Positions 49,019 to 60,113 of a stretch of 64,000 bases of DNA are shown piece by piece (the stretch's first letter is position 1; every line of letters begins with the position of its first letter). The translations under genes and the position numbers were made by a program. Origin of the DNA: an uncultured Acidobacteriota bacterium. GTDB taxonomy: Bacteria; Acidobacteriota; Thermoanaerobaculia; UBA5066; DATFVB01. The stretch covers positions 2,337,996 to 2,401,995 of the forward strand of contig OY970224.1 of the NCBI GenBank assembly GCA_963714035.1, read 5' to 3'. Below the pieces are notes generated by a model. The model saw only the letters and a list, made by a program, of their open reading frames with translations. It searched no databases and was not told where the DNA came from.

Positions 49019-50035
49019 AAGAGCCCTCCGGCGGCTCCGGGCGAGACTCCCAGCCGTTTGTACGCGCGCGCCGTCGCGACGCGGCCCCGCGGCGTGCGCT
49101 GGATGAAGCCGGCCTGGAGGAGAAAGGGCTCGTACAGGTCTTCGAGCGTCCCGCGGTCTTCGCCGAGCGACGCGGCGAGCGACGAGACCCCGGCGGGGCC
49201 GCCGCCGAACTTGTCGACGAGGGTGGAGAGGATCCGGATGTCGAGCTCGTCCAGGCCGAACTCGTCGACCTCGAGCTTCTCGAGCGCTTCGCGGGCGGCC
49301 GCGCGATCGACGGACTTCTTCTCGCCGACCTGCGCGAAATCGCGGACGCGGCGGAGCAGGCGATTGGCGATCCTCGGCGTTCCCCGGCTCCGGCGGGCGA
49401 TCTCGCGCGCCGCATCGCCCTCGATCGGCACGCCGAGGATGCGGGCGGATCGCTCGATGATCGTCGCGAGCGACTCCGGATCGTAGAAGTCCAGGCGGTG
49501 ATGGATCCCGAACCGGGCGTGGAGCGGCTGCGACAGGAGGCCCGGCCGCGTCGTCGCGCCGACGAGCGTGAACGGCTTCAGGTCGATTCGGTGGGTGCGC
49601 GCCGAGGGCCCCTCGCCGATCACGACGTCGAGGACGAAGTCCTCCATCGCCGAATAGAGGACCTCCTCGACGGAGGCCGGCAGGCGGTGGATCTCGTCGA
49701 TGAACAGGACGTCGCGGGGCTGGAGGTTCGTCAGGATCGCCGCGAGGTCTCCGGAGCGCGCGATCATCGGCCCGGCGGTGAGGCGGAGCCCCACCCCCAG
49801 CTCGTGCGCGACGATGTGCGCGAGGGTCGTCTTCCCGAGCCCGGGAGGTCCCGTGAGCAGGACATGATCGAGCGCCTCGCCGCGCGCCTTTGCCGCCTTC
49901 AGGAAGACGTCGAGATTTTCCCGGACTTTCGTCTGCCCGATGTACTCGGCGAGCTTCCAGGGCCGGAGCTTCGGCTCGACGGCCGCTTCGTCCTCGAGCG
50001 CGGACGGAGACAGGACGGATTTGCGCTCTTCGTTC
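49015..50035 (-). CDS. ruvB: Holliday junction branch migration ATPase RuvB
   Basis: Walker [12 protein letters not shown], Walker [10 protein letters not shown], sensor motifs, and the RuvB C-terminal winged helix (RTPRGR). GTG start at 50033-50035 was chosen by alignment to canonical RuvB N-termini; the ORF-track start at 50157 would translate a repeat. Confidence 0.9.
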
Positions 50036-50074
50036 ACCGCGCGATTATCGCATCGCCGCGGCGTCGCCGCCGGC

Positions 50075-50184
50075 GCAGTGGCGAGTTCCGAGTTGCGAGT
50101 CAAAAGTCGAAGATGAAGAGCCTCCCCGCGCCCCGGATGCCCATTCCCGACTCTCAACTCGCAACTGAACGACTCGCCACTGCG
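50075..50184. repeat. Hairpin repeat of the GGCGAGTTGCGAGT family
   Basis: gcagtggcgagttccgagttgcgagtcaaaag...ctctcaactcgcaactgaacgactcgccactgcggc is an inverted repeat located between ruvA and ruvB. Confidence 0.75.
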
Positions 50185-50201
50185 GCGCGCCGCCGCGCGG
50201 G

Positions 50202-50786
50202 CTAGCCGCCGGAGAGCGCCGCCAGGGCTTCCTTCAGAAACTCCGCGAACGACGGCGGCGCGCCGCGCCGCGTGAGCTGGTCCACGGCGCGCTCCGCGTC
50301 CGACTTCCGGTAGCCGAAGTTGACGAGCGCGGAGACGACGTCCTGCGCCTCGATGCCGGGACCGCCCGCGGGCGGCACGAAGAGCTTCTCCGCTTTCTCC
50401 TTCAGCTCGAGCGTCAGCCGCTCGGCCGTCTTCTTCCCGATGCCCGGGATCGAGACGAGCCGCCGAGCGTCTCCCCGCGCGAGCGCCCCGAGGAGGTCGT
50501 CGGCGGGGATTCCCGAGAGCAGCGTGAGCGCGAGCTTCGGCCCGACGCCCGACACGGAGATCAGCATCTCGAAGAGCTTCTTCTCCCGGTCCGACGCGAA
50601 ACCGAAGAGCGCGAGCGTGTCCTCGCGCACGTGCGTGTGAACGAGGAGGGCCACGGAGCCTCCCGCGTCGGGAAGCTCCTGGTACGTCTGGAACGAGATC
50701 GCGATCGCGTAGCCGACGCCGCCGACGTCGAGGACGACCCGGTCGGGCAGCTTCTCGAAGAGGATCCCGGAGAGCCGGGCGATCAT
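50202..50786 (-). CDS. ruvA: Holliday junction DNA helicase subunit RuvA
   Basis: MIARLSGIL...VLDVGGVGY start (OB domain), the HhH pair ([20 protein letters not shown]), and C-terminal domain III. Confidence 0.9.
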   Translation of the reverse strand: MIARLSGILFEKLPDRVVLDVGGVGYAIAISFQTYQELPDAGGSVALLVHTHVREDTLALFGFASDREKKLFEMLISVSGVGPKLALTLLSGIPADDLLGALARGDARRLVSIPGIGKKTAERLTLELKEKAEKLFVPPAGGPGIEAQDVVSALVNFGYRKSDAERAVDQLTRRGAPPSFAEFLKEALAALSGG

Positions 50787-52105
50787 CCGCGGCCGGCGCC
50801 GGCGGTTTCCCGCGCGTCGAGCGTCGGGCGCGCGGCCGCCTCGAGCGCCGATTCGAGATCCGCGACGAGATCGCGGACGTCCTCGGCGCCGACGGAGAGA
50901 CGGATCGTCGATTCGCGGATGCCGAGCGCTTCCCGGCGCTCCGGGGCGAGCATCGCGGGGGAGTGCGACGTGATCGCCGGAAGGTCCGCCGTCGTCTCGA
51001 CGGAGCCGAGAGACGTCGCGAGGCGGACGAGCCGAAGCGCCTCGACCGTGCGCCGGGCCGCGGCGCCTCCCCCCTTCACGTCGAAGGCGAGCATGGCGCC
51101 GAACGCCCCGTCCATCTGCCGCGTCGCGGCGGCATGCCCGGGATGATCGGTGAGCCCGGGATAGTGGACTCGCTCGACCGCCGGATGCGCCGCGAGCCGC
51201 CGCGCGATCGTCATCGCGCTCCCGGACTGCGCGCGCACGCGCAGGGCCACCGTCTTCATGCCCCGGGTCAGGAGCCACGCGGCATGGGGGTCGAGCACGG
51301 TCCCGGACATCTTGCGCGCCGTGCGGAGCCGGGCGGCGAGCGCCGGGGAAGCGCATGCGAAGCCCGCCGTCACGTCGGCGTGGCCGTTCAGGTATTTCGT
51401 CGCCGAATGGAGGACCAGATCGAATCCCGCCGCGGCGGGCCGCTGGAGCACGGGCGTCCCGAACGTCGCGTCGACGGCGCACAGCAAACCCCGCCTCTTC
51501 GCGACACCCGCGGTGAAGGCCAGGTCGACGATCTTGACGAGAGGGTTGGTCGGCGTCTCGACGTAGAGGAGCCGGGTCTCGGGCCGGATCGCGGATTCGA
51601 AATCGGGCTCCGACGCGGTTCGCACGAACGACACGGAGATCCCCGCGGCGGAGAGCACGTCGCGAAACAGCGCGAGAGTCCCGCCGTAGAGGTCTTCGGT
51701 CGCGACGACGTGGTCGCCCGGCGAAAGCGCCGCGCGGAGCGCGACGCCGATCGCCGAGAGACCGGACGAGAAGAGGACCGCGTCTTCGGTCCCCTCGAGC
51801 GCGGCCATTTTCTTCTCCGCCGCGGTGATCGTCGGGTTGCCGTAGCGCGAATAGAAGAGGTCGGGCCTTTCCCCGCGCGCCGCGCGTTCGAGCTCCCCGA
51901 CGTCCCGGAACCAGAACGGCGCCGTCTGCCAGATCGGATCGACGAGGGCGCCGGATGTGTCGCCCTCGCCGGCGCGCACCGCCGCCGTCGCCAGCTCGCG
52001 ATACGGGCGGTCAGCCGACTCCGGCCGGCCCGCCGTCGGGATGCTTTTTTCGCCCGGCGGCACGCCGTCCGAATCCGTCTTGCCGCCCGTCTCGCCGCGC
52101 TTCAT
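50783..52105 (-). CDS. PLP-dependent trans-sulfuration enzyme (cystathionine gamma-synthase / beta-lyase family)
   Basis: Cys/Met metabolism PLP-dependent family with the lysine motif region [13 protein letters not shown]. Overlaps the ruvA start. Confidence 0.8.
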   Translation of the reverse strand: MKRGETGGKTDSDGVPPGEKSIPTAGRPESADRPYRELATAAVRAGEGDTSGALVDPIWQTAPFWFRDVGELERAARGERPDLFYSRYGNPTITAAEKKMAALEGTEDAVLFSSGLSAIGVALRAALSPGDHVVATEDLYGGTLALFRDVLSAAGISVSFVRTASEPDFESAIRPETRLLYVETPTNPLVKIVDLAFTAGVAKRRGLLCAVDATFGTPVLQRPAAAGFDLVLHSATKYLNGHADVTAGFACASPALAARLRTARKMSGTVLDPHAAWLLTRGMKTVALRVRAQSGSAMTIARRLAAHPAVERVHYPGLTDHPGHAAATRQMDGAFGAMLAFDVKGGGAAARRTVEALRLVRLATSLGSVETTADLPAITSHSPAMLAPERREALGIRESTIRLSVGAEDVRDLVADLESALEAAARPTLDARETAGAGRG

Positions 52106-52160
52106 CCGTTCACCCGCCGATATCCGTCGGGGCCGCCGGTCCGTCGGTTCCGGTTCGCCA

Positions 52161-54104
52161 TCAACCCTGGGTGTAGCGCTTGAGCAGGTCGTCGTTGATG
52201 ACGACTTTTTCCTGCGCGCGCCGGCGGGCGAGCTCCGCCTGGATGAGCTTCTGCGCTTCCTGCTGCCGGGCCGTGTCGGCGAGCTTCGCCTTCTGCGCCG
52301 AAAACGCCGCGGGGTCGAAATCGGTCTTCGTGAGGACGTGGAAGATCACGACGCCCTTGCCCGGGAGCGCGACCGGGTCGCCGTACTGGCCGGCCGGCGT
52401 CTTGAACACGGCGTCCGAGAGCGCCGGGGAGCTCCCCAGGGTTCCGACCGGGGCGCCCTTTCCGAACTCCGCGGGAGTCTGGACGTCGGTCTCGAATTTC
52501 TTCGCGACGGCGGCGAGCGCGGCTCCTCCGCGGAGCTCGGCGACCGCCGGGGCCGCCTTCGCGAGCTCCTCCTGATCGGTCTTCCGGCGCGCGAGCTCGG
52601 CCGCCACTTTCGCGCGCGCCTCGGAGAATTCCGCGATTCCGGGCGGCGCGATGTCCGAGACCTTGACGATCGCCGGGCCCCTCGGAGTCGGGATCGGCTG
52701 CGTCGAGACTTCTCCCTTCTTCAGGGCGAAGGCCGCCTTCAGGAACCCGGGCGCGTAGCCGATCCCGGGAACCTGGCCCTGCGCCGCGACCCAGTCCGTC
52801 GCGTCGAACGAGACGACGTCGTCGGCGAGCTTCCGGAGCTCTTCGTCGCTCGCGTTCCTGCCCGCCGACTTCGCGAGCGAATCCGCCTTGCGCTCGGCCG
52901 CGTCCTTGACCTGGGTCTGCGTGAGGAGCGACGTGATCCGCGGCGTCGCTTCGGCAAGCGTCTGCTTGCCCGCCGGGAGCTTCGCCAGGAGCTTGATCAC
53001 GTGGTATCCGAAATCGGACTTGACCGGCCCGCGGACCTCGCCGGGAGCCATCGAGAACGCCGCCTGCTCGAATGGCGGGACCATCTGGCCCCGGCCGAAC
53101 GGCGGCAGGTCGCCACCCTGATCCTTCGAGCCCGGGTCTTCCGAGTTTTTCCGGGCGAGCTCGCCGAAGTCCTCCCCCTTCTTCGCCCGCGCGACGAGGT
53201 CCTCCGCCTTCTTGCGCGCCGCCGCGTCCTGCGCGGGGGCGGCGTCCTTGGCGACCTTGACGAGGATGTGCGCCGCGTGCACCCGCTCGGGGACGGGGAA
53301 TTCGTCGGCGTGGGCGTCGTAATACGCCTGGATCTCGGCGGGCGAGGGCTTCAGCTTCTCGCGAAGCTTCGCCTGCTCGACGAGGAGGTACTTGAGCTTC
53401 CTCCGCTCCGGCTCGCGGAAGAGCTCCCGGTTCTGCTCGTAGAACGCCTTGAGCTCCGCTTCGGACGGCGCGGCGGCCGCCGACGACGCGAGCTTCGCCG
53501 AGGGAATCAGGACGTATTCGATCCTGGCCTTCTCGCTCTGCGACTCGAACTGAGACTTCAGCCGCTCGTCGGGAACGACGAGGCTCGCCGCGACGAGAGC
53601 GTTGAACTTCTCGATCAGCATGTCCTCGCGGTACCCGTGCTCGAATTGCTCGACCGTCAGCCCGTAGGAGGCGAGCACGTTGGTGTATTCCGCGGCGCCG
53701 ATGAACTGGCCGTTGCGCTGGAAGGCCGGCATCGACTGGATCTTCTCGGCGAGCTCGTCGTCGGAGACGCGCAGGCCGCTCCGCTGGGCGGACTCGAGGA
53801 GCAGCCGGCGCTCGATCATGCCGTTCAAGACCTGGTTCGGGAGGTCCATCGCGCGGGCGAGGGCCGGGGACCAGTTCCCCTTGTACATCTGCCGGTACCG
53901 GTCCTCCGTCTGCTTGTACTGCCGGTCGAATTCGACGGCCGTGATCGGCTCCCCGTGGATGCTCGCGATCTCGCCGCTCGGGGTCCCGTCGCTGCGCACG
54001 CGCCCCATTCCCCAGTCGACGAAGATGAACGCGACGAACACGATGACGACGAACCACAGAATCCACTTGAGGTGCTGGAAGCTCCGGCGCATGACTTTGA
54101 GCAT
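52161..54104 (-). CDS. Periplasmic chaperone PpiD-like (SurA-N domain plus parvulin domain) with N-terminal TM anchor
   Basis: N-terminal TM helix WILWFVVIVFVAFIFV, a long SurA_N-like helical region, and a PpiC domain near residues 330-430 (HAAHILV...GGDLP.F..GQMV). Confidence 0.75.
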   Translation of the reverse strand: MLKVMRRSFQHLKWILWFVVIVFVAFIFVDWGMGRVRSDGTPSGEIASIHGEPITAVEFDRQYKQTEDRYRQMYKGNWSPALARAMDLPNQVLNGMIERRLLLESAQRSGLRVSDDELAEKIQSMPAFQRNGQFIGAAEYTNVLASYGLTVEQFEHGYREDMLIEKFNALVAASLVVPDERLKSQFESQSEKARIEYVLIPSAKLASSAAAAPSEAELKAFYEQNRELFREPERRKLKYLLVEQAKLREKLKPSPAEIQAYYDAHADEFPVPERVHAAHILVKVAKDAAPAQDAAARKKAEDLVARAKKGEDFGELARKNSEDPGSKDQGGDLPPFGRGQMVPPFEQAAFSMAPGEVRGPVKSDFGYHVIKLLAKLPAGKQTLAEATPRITSLLTQTQVKDAAERKADSLAKSAGRNASDEELRKLADDVVSFDATDWVAAQGQVPGIGYAPGFLKAAFALKKGEVSTQPIPTPRGPAIVKVSDIAPPGIAEFSEARAKVAAELARRKTDQEELAKAAPAVAELRGGAALAAVAKKFETDVQTPAEFGKGAPVGTLGSSPALSDAVFKTPAGQYGDPVALPGKGVVIFHVLTKTDFDPAAFSAQKAKLADTARQQEAQKLIQAELARRRAQEKVVINDDLLKRYTQG

Positions 54105-54253
54105 TGGACTGACGTTCTCCCTTCCCGAGTCGTTCGAGCGAACTTGATATATTAACAATGCGGGTCGCACTCGGCAAAGCCGGCTTCGTGCGCCCCGGGC
54201 CGGGGGCTATGGTATAAGGCGGTCGGCGGCAAGTACCGCTCATTCCACAAGTT

Positions 54254-55699
54254 ATGGCGCAAGCAGCGAACAAGAGGGCGGCTCGGGGAGACCTCGAATG
54301 GATCGTCTTCTCCTATTCGACGGTCCGCCGCTGGATCGTGATCCTTCTCCTCGCGGGCGCGGCGGCCACGTGGGGCGTGTACGTCTATCGCCACGATCAC
54401 GTGTCCCCCGAGGTGCGCGCGCAGCGCCAGATCGACCAGGCGGAGAAGACCTACCAGAGCGCGGAGGCGAGCCCGGAAGCCGCGCGGTTCTCGGCGACGC
54501 TCGGCCAGGCGAAGGAGCGGCTCGCCGACGCGCGGAGCGCCCTCGAGAACGCGAAGAACATCGAGGCGTACAACCTCGCGGTCGAGTCGGAATCGCTCTC
54601 CCGCCGGGCGCTGGGCCGCGTCGGCCATTCCGACATTGGCGACGCGACCTTCGTCGCGCTCGACGGCGAAGTCACGCTCCAGCGCGCGGGCCGGGGAACG
54701 TGGGAAGAATGCCGCCTGCGGCAGTCGCTCTACGACGGCGACTTCATCAAGACGGCGTCCTCCGGCTCCGCCGAGATCATGTTCTTCGATGGCACCCTGT
54801 ACCAGCTGCACCCCGACTCGCTGTTCGAGGTCAAGAGCGGGCAGCGGCCCGATCGCGAGAAGTCGAGCGCGGTCGACATGGTCTCGGGCTCGATCCAGGT
54901 CTACACGTCGAACTCCCCCTCGCAGATCAACACGAAGGCGGTGTCAGCCGAGGTGCAGCGCGATTCGGAAGTCGGCGTGTCGGTCGACGAGAAGCGCGAC
55001 ACGGAGATCTCGAGCTACCGCGGCCAGGCCGTGCTCCGCACCGGGCGCGACAGCGTCGTGCTTTCGGAACGCGAGCGCGTCCGGGCCGACGCCACGTCCC
55101 AGCGGCTCGGGAGCAAGACGGCGCTTCCCGAGTCCCCGGCCCCGATCGATCCCGCCGACAATCGCATCTTCGACCTGAAGAACGCGTCCGACGTCCTGCT
55201 CCGCTGGACGCCGGTGAAGGAGGCGACGCGCTACCGCCTGCAGGTTTCGCGCTCGCGGCTCTTCATTCCCGACGCGACGCCGCTCGACCTCTCGGACCGG
55301 CGGGGCCTCTCGGCGGCGATCCGGCCCCACGAGGAGGGGTCCTACTACTGGCGAGTCGCCGCGATCGGCCCGAAGGGCGTCTCCTCCGACTGGAGCCCCT
55401 ACCGCCGCTTCCGGGTGGTCGCCGACGCCGCCCGGGCCGGCGCCCCCGCGGGCGCTCCTCCGCCGCTGCTGCTCGAAACGCCCCAGCAGATGGGAAACCT
55501 CTTCCTGATCTTCGGACACACCGATCCGTCCGCATCGGTCTCGGTCGCGGGAAAACGCGCCGACGTCGAGCCGGACGGCTCGTTCAAGACGACCGTTTCG
55601 GTGGACGCCGAGGGAGAATCGCAGATCGTCGTCAAGGCCGCCGATGCCGCGGGACGCGAGACCGTCAAACGCATTCGCGTGTTCGTGGAATTATTCTGA
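54254..55699 (+). CDS. FecR-domain protein with N-terminal TM anchor
   Basis: Single TM near the N-terminus, then a FecR-like beta region ([28 protein letters not shown]), then Ig-like repeats. Confidence 0.6.
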   Translation: MAQAANKRAARGDLEWIVFSYSTVRRWIVILLLAGAAATWGVYVYRHDHVSPEVRAQRQIDQAEKTYQSAEASPEAARFSATLGQAKERLADARSALENAKNIEAYNLAVESESLSRRALGRVGHSDIGDATFVALDGEVTLQRAGRGTWEECRLRQSLYDGDFIKTASSGSAEIMFFDGTLYQLHPDSLFEVKSGQRPDREKSSAVDMVSGSIQVYTSNSPSQINTKAVSAEVQRDSEVGVSVDEKRDTEISSYRGQAVLRTGRDSVVLSERERVRADATSQRLGSKTALPESPAPIDPADNRIFDLKNASDVLLRWTPVKEATRYRLQVSRSRLFIPDATPLDLSDRRGLSAAIRPHEEGSYYWRVAAIGPKGVSSDWSPYRRFRVVADAARAGAPAGAPPPLLLETPQQMGNLFLIFGHTDPSASVSVAGKRADVEPDGSFKTTVSVDAEGESQIVVKAADAAGRETVKRIRVFVELF

Positions 55700-55727
55700 C
55701 CGGGTAGTTTGCGCACGAAGGAGATCC

Positions 55728-56753
55728 ATGGGCTGGAAATCTCTTTTTTCCCTTTTTTCCTCCGATCTCGCGATCGACCTCGGGACCGCGAACACGCTCG
55801 TCTTCGCCCTGAACCGCGGCATCATCGTGCGGGAGCCGTCGATCGTGGCGATCAACAAGCTCACCAACCGCGTCGAGGCGGTCGGCAAGGAAGCCAAGGA
55901 AATGCTCGGCCGGACGCCGGGCAACATCGTGGCCATTCGTCCGATGAAGGACGGCGTGATCGCCGACTTCGAGGTCACGGAGAAGATGCTCGACTACTTC
56001 ATCAAGAAGGCGCACGGACGGTCGCTCTTCGTGCGGCCGCGGATCGTCATCTCGGTGCCCTCGGACATCACCCAGGTCGAGAAGCGCGCGGTGCAGGACT
56101 CGGCGATGCGGGCCGGCGCCTCGGAGGTCTACATCATCGAGCAGGCGATGGCCGCCGCGATCGGCTCGGGACTGCCGATCACGGAGCCCGCGGGAAACAT
56201 GATCGTGGACATCGGCGGGGGGACCACCGACGTCGCCGTGATCTCGCTCGCGGGAATCGTGTATTCCCGCTCGGTGCGGATCGCGTCCAACGAGATGGAC
56301 GAGGCGATCGTCCAGTACATCAAGCGGAAGTACAACCTTCTCGTCGGCGAGCGGACGGCCGAGCAGATCAAGATCGAGATCGGCTCCGCGCACCCGCTCG
56401 ACGAGCCGATGACGATGGAGGTGAAGGGGCGCGACCTCGTCGAGGGCGTGCCGAAGACGCTGCTGCTCTCCGACGAGGAAATCCGGGAAGCGCTCTCGGA
56501 GGTCGTCGCCGCGATCGTGGAAACCGTCCGCGTCGCCCTCGAGCGGACACCGCCGGAGCTCTCGGCCGACATCATGGACCGCGGGATCGTCATCACCGGG
56601 GGCGGCTCGCTGCTGAAGAACCTGGACCGCCGTCTGCGCGAGGAAACGGGCCTTCCGATCTCGTACGCCGAGGACCCGCTCGCGTCGGTCGCGCTCGGGA
56701 CCGGCGCGATGCTCACGGACTTCGGCCTCCTGAAAAAGATCTCGATTGCCTGA
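55728..56753 (+). CDS. mreB: Rod shape-determining protein MreB
   Basis: [10 protein letters not shown], actin-fold phosphate motifs, and [20 protein letters not shown] sits 7 nt upstream of the ATG. Confidence 0.95.
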   Translation: MGWKSLFSLFSSDLAIDLGTANTLVFALNRGIIVREPSIVAINKLTNRVEAVGKEAKEMLGRTPGNIVAIRPMKDGVIADFEVTEKMLDYFIKKAHGRSLFVRPRIVISVPSDITQVEKRAVQDSAMRAGASEVYIIEQAMAAAIGSGLPITEPAGNMIVDIGGGTTDVAVISLAGIVYSRSVRIASNEMDEAIVQYIKRKYNLLVGERTAEQIKIEIGSAHPLDEPMTMEVKGRDLVEGVPKTLLLSDEEIREALSEVVAAIVETVRVALERTPPELSADIMDRGIVITGGGSLLKNLDRRLREETGLPISYAEDPLASVALGTGAMLTDFGLLKKISIA

Positions 56754-57612
56754 TCCCCGGCTCCCCTCGCCCGCCGCCGCGGCCCGGCACGCGCGGATCG
56801 TCCTCGCCGGAACCCTGGGGGGCTGCCTCCTCCTGATGTCCGCGCAGGCGAGGCAGAAGGGGATGGGGCCGTCGCTCCTCGAGCGGACCGGCCTGCTGGT
56901 GCTCGGCCCCGTCGTCTCCGGCAGCCACCAGGCCGCGCGGGCGGAGCAGTCCTTCGTCGGCTCCGTCGGCTCTTACTTCGGCGCGCGGAGCGAGAACGAG
57001 AGGCTTCACCGCCGGATCGACGCGCTCGAGAAGCAGCTCTTCGCGCTTCGGGCCGGCGCCGAGGACGCGGAGCACCTCCGCGCGCTCCTGAAGCTCTCCC
57101 CGTTCCTTCCGGGGGTTCGCGCCGCCGCGCCGGTGCTCTCCATCGAGGAGCGCGGGTCGTACCGCCGGGCCCTGATCGGCGCCGGCGCCGCGCAGGGCGT
57201 CCTCGCCGGCTCGCCGCTCGTCGTCCCTTCCGGCCTCGTCGGACGCGTCACGACCGTGTCGACCCGCCTCGCGAAGGCGATCCTCCTGACGGACGCCGAC
57301 TCCGCCGTCGGCGTGAGGATCGTCCGGACGGCGGAACAGGGGGTCGTCCGCGGGGACGGCGGCGCGCTGCGCATCGACTACCTTTCGGCGATCGCCGACG
57401 TCCGGCCGGGCGACGCGATCGAAACGGCCGGGATCGACGGCATCTTTCCGCGCGGCGTGCCGGTCGGGACCGTCATCGCGGTGACGCGGGGAAAGGCGCT
57501 CTTCCTCGCGGTTCGCGTCGCGCCCGCGGCGCCGCTCCACCGCCTCGACGACGTGCTCGTCCTCGATCCCGCCCCTTCCGCGGAATCCGGGCGGAGCCCC
57601 TCCGGGCAATGA
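56746..57612 (+). CDS. mreC: Rod shape-determining protein MreC
   Basis: N-terminal TM, a coiled-coil ([16 protein letters not shown]), and the C-terminal beta-rich MreC domain. Apparent TTG start overlapping the mreB stop. Confidence 0.8.
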   Translation: MPDPRLPSPAAAARHARIVLAGTLGGCLLLMSAQARQKGMGPSLLERTGLLVLGPVVSGSHQAARAEQSFVGSVGSYFGARSENERLHRRIDALEKQLFALRAGAEDAEHLRALLKLSPFLPGVRAAAPVLSIEERGSYRRALIGAGAAQGVLAGSPLVVPSGLVGRVTTVSTRLAKAILLTDADSAVGVRIVRTAEQGVVRGDGGALRIDYLSAIADVRPGDAIETAGIDGIFPRGVPVGTVIAVTRGKALFLAVRVAPAAPLHRLDDVLVLDPAPSAESGRSPSGQ

Positions 57613-57650
57613 GAAGGGCCGCGAAACCCGGTCCGCGGGGCCGCTGATCC

Positions 57651-58151
57651 GTGAAAGCGCTCCGCGTCGCGATCTCGATCCTCGCGGCCGCCGGCGCGAC
57701 GGTGCTCTTCGGGTCGCTCCGCGCGCCGGTGCTCTCCGCGATCGACTGGTTCCTGCTCGCCGTCGCCTACCAGGCGGCGTCCTCGAGCTTCGTTCCGGCG
57801 ACGATCGGAGGCGCGATCGCCGGGCTCGTCGAAGATCTGCTCCTCCATCCGCTCAAGGGAGCCCACGCGTTCTCGAAGGCCTTTCTCGGATACGCGCTCA
57901 CCCTCGTCGCGGTGCGGGTCGTGTTCGGGGGGATGCTCGTGATCGCGGCGACGCTCGCGGTCGCGGAGCTCGCCGACAGCGCGATCGTCTCCGTTCTCGG
58001 GAGGCTGCTGCTCGGCACGCCGTTCGCGGTGACGCCGGCGGACGTCGGCGGGAGTGTCGCGACCGGGTGCGCGGGCGGGCTCCTCTACGGGGCGTGGCGT
58101 TTTCCCTGGAGAGAAGAATGGCGGCGGCGACAGCGACGCCGCCTGCGGTAG
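57651..58151 (+). CDS. mreD: Rod shape-determining protein MreD
   Basis: 166-aa polytopic membrane protein in the canonical position between mreC and mrdA. Confidence 0.7.
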   Translation: MKALRVAISILAAAGATVLFGSLRAPVLSAIDWFLLAVAYQAASSSFVPATIGGAIAGLVEDLLLHPLKGAHAFSKAFLGYALTLVAVRVVFGGMLVIAATLAVAELADSAIVSVLGRLLLGTPFAVTPADVGGSVATGCAGGLLYGAWRFPWREEWRRRQRRRLR

Positions 58152-58154
58152 GCC

Positions 58155-60113
58155 ATGCCGAGATCCACTGAGGACCGCGAATCGTTCCAGAGGATGATCG
58201 AGGTCGCGTTCATCGCGGCCGCCTTCGCCTTTGCCGCGATGGCGACGGCGTACTGGTACACGCAGATCGTCCGGGGCGACTACTATTTCCGGCTCTCGGA
58301 GAACAACCGTCTGCGATCGGTCGCCGTGACGGCCGCGCGGGGCGTGATCTACGACCGGAAGGGCGTCGCGCTCGCCGAGAACGAGCCCTCCTACACGCTC
58401 TATCTGTACCGTCGTGAGACGAAGAACCTCGCGGCCTCGATCGACACGGCCGTCGCGCTGCTGGGGCTTCCGCGCGAGGACGTCGAACGGCGCGTCGCCC
58501 GCTACCGGACGTACTTCGACTTCGTTCCGATCGCGCTCGCCGAGAACCTGACGATCGGCGAGGTGGCGGCGATCGAGGCGCGCGGGGCCGAGCATCCCGA
58601 GTTCGCCGTCGGCGTCGGGCAGAGGAGGCTGTACACGAAGACGTCCTCGGCGGCGCAGACGCTCGGCTACCTCTCCGAGGCGACCCCGAACCAGATCGCC
58701 GCGCAGCCGGACCGCTACCGGCCCGGAGTCGCGATCGGGCAGCGCGGCGTCGAAAGCGCTTACCAGGACCTCCTCGCCGGACGCGACGGCGAGCGGCGCA
58801 TCATCGTGGATTCCTTCGGCCACGAAACGGCGGAAGAGAGCCGGGTCGATCCGGTCCCGGGCCGCAACCTCACGCTCACGATCGACCAGCGGGTCCAGGA
58901 CGTCGCCGAGCGGTACTTCCGCGACCGGGTCGGCTCCGCGGTCGCGATGGACCCGAAGACCGGCCAGATTCTCGCGCTCGTCTCGGCGCCGTCTTACGAC
59001 CCGAACCTCTTCTCGCGGCGGATGACCGGCGCCGAATGGGCGACGCTCGTCGACAACCCGTTCCACCCGCTCCAGAACCGTGCGATCCAGAACGTCTATT
59101 CGCCGGGCTCCGCCTTCAAGGTGTTCCTCGCCGTCGAAGGGCTCGCGGGGGGCTACATCACGCCCGACACGAAGGTCTACTGCCCGGGCTATGCGACGTT
59201 CTACGGCCGCGCGTTCAAGTGCCACAAGAAGGAGGGGCACGGCTGGGTCAACCTGCGCGAGGCGATCCGCGGCTCCTGCGACGTCTACTTCTACACGCTC
59301 GGGAAGAAGATGGGCATCGAGAAGATCGCGGAGGCCGCGCGCGCCTTCGGGTTCGGCCAGCCGACCGGGCTCGACCTCCCGAACGAGAAGAGCGGGCTCG
59401 TCCCGTCGGAAGAGTGGAGCGCGAAGGTGCGCAAGGCGCACTGGTATCCCTCGGAGACGATCTCGGTCGCGATCGGGCAGGGCCCGCTCCTCGTCTCCTC
59501 CGTCCAGCTCGCGCGCGGGCTCGCGGGACTCGTCAACGGCGGACGGTTTCCGAGGCCGCACCTCTTCCTGTCGGCGCAGGATCCGCAGAGCGGCTCCCGC
59601 TTCGAGTACGTCGACGAGGTCGAGCCGCGCATGAAGATCGCGCCGTCGATCGTCGAGGAGGTGGAGGACGCGATGTGGGCGGTCGTCAACGAGCCCGGCG
59701 GCACGGCCTACCTCTCGAAGCTCCCCGGCGTCGAGCTCTGCGGCAAGACGGGATCCGTGCAGGTCGTCGCCCAGAAGGACACGAAGAAAGAGTCCTCGCT
59801 TCCCTTCGAGAAGCGCGATCACGCCTGGTTCATCGGCTTCGCGCCGAAGCGCGATCCGAAGATCGTCGTCGCGGTCTTCATCGAGCACGGCCAGCACGGC
59901 GCCTCGGCGGCCGCCCCGCTCGCCCGCGATCTCGTCGCCGCCTATTTCGGCGTTCCCAATCCGCACCCGGCGGAACCGGGGGACGCCCCGCCTTCGCCGC
60001 CCGGGGAATCGGTCGCGTCGGCTCCCGCCGCTTCCCCGCTTCGCCGGGTGGCGGCGATCCCGGCGGCGGCCGCGCCCGCGCACGGAGATCCGCGGATGCC
60101 GGAGCGCCGGTGA
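58155..60113 (+). CDS. mrdA: Penicillin-binding protein 2 (elongasome transpeptidase)
   Basis: The PBP dimerisation domain plus transpeptidase motifs SxxK (SAFK), SxN (SCD) and KTG (KTGS). Confidence 0.9.
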   Translation: MPRSTEDRESFQRMIEVAFIAAAFAFAAMATAYWYTQIVRGDYYFRLSENNRLRSVAVTAARGVIYDRKGVALAENEPSYTLYLYRRETKNLAASIDTAVALLGLPREDVERRVARYRTYFDFVPIALAENLTIGEVAAIEARGAEHPEFAVGVGQRRLYTKTSSAAQTLGYLSEATPNQIAAQPDRYRPGVAIGQRGVESAYQDLLAGRDGERRIIVDSFGHETAEESRVDPVPGRNLTLTIDQRVQDVAERYFRDRVGSAVAMDPKTGQILALVSAPSYDPNLFSRRMTGAEWATLVDNPFHPLQNRAIQNVYSPGSAFKVFLAVEGLAGGYITPDTKVYCPGYATFYGRAFKCHKKEGHGWVNLREAIRGSCDVYFYTLGKKMGIEKIAEAARAFGFGQPTGLDLPNEKSGLVPSEEWSAKVRKAHWYPSETISVAIGQGPLLVSSVQLARGLAGLVNGGRFPRPHLFLSAQDPQSGSRFEYVDEVEPRMKIAPSIVEEVEDAMWAVVNEPGGTAYLSKLPGVELCGKTGSVQVVAQKDTKKESSLPFEKRDHAWFIGFAPKRDPKIVVAVFIEHGQHGASAAAPLARDLVAAYFGVPNPHPAEPGDAPPSPPGESVASAPAASPLRRVAAIPAAAAPAHGDPRMPERR

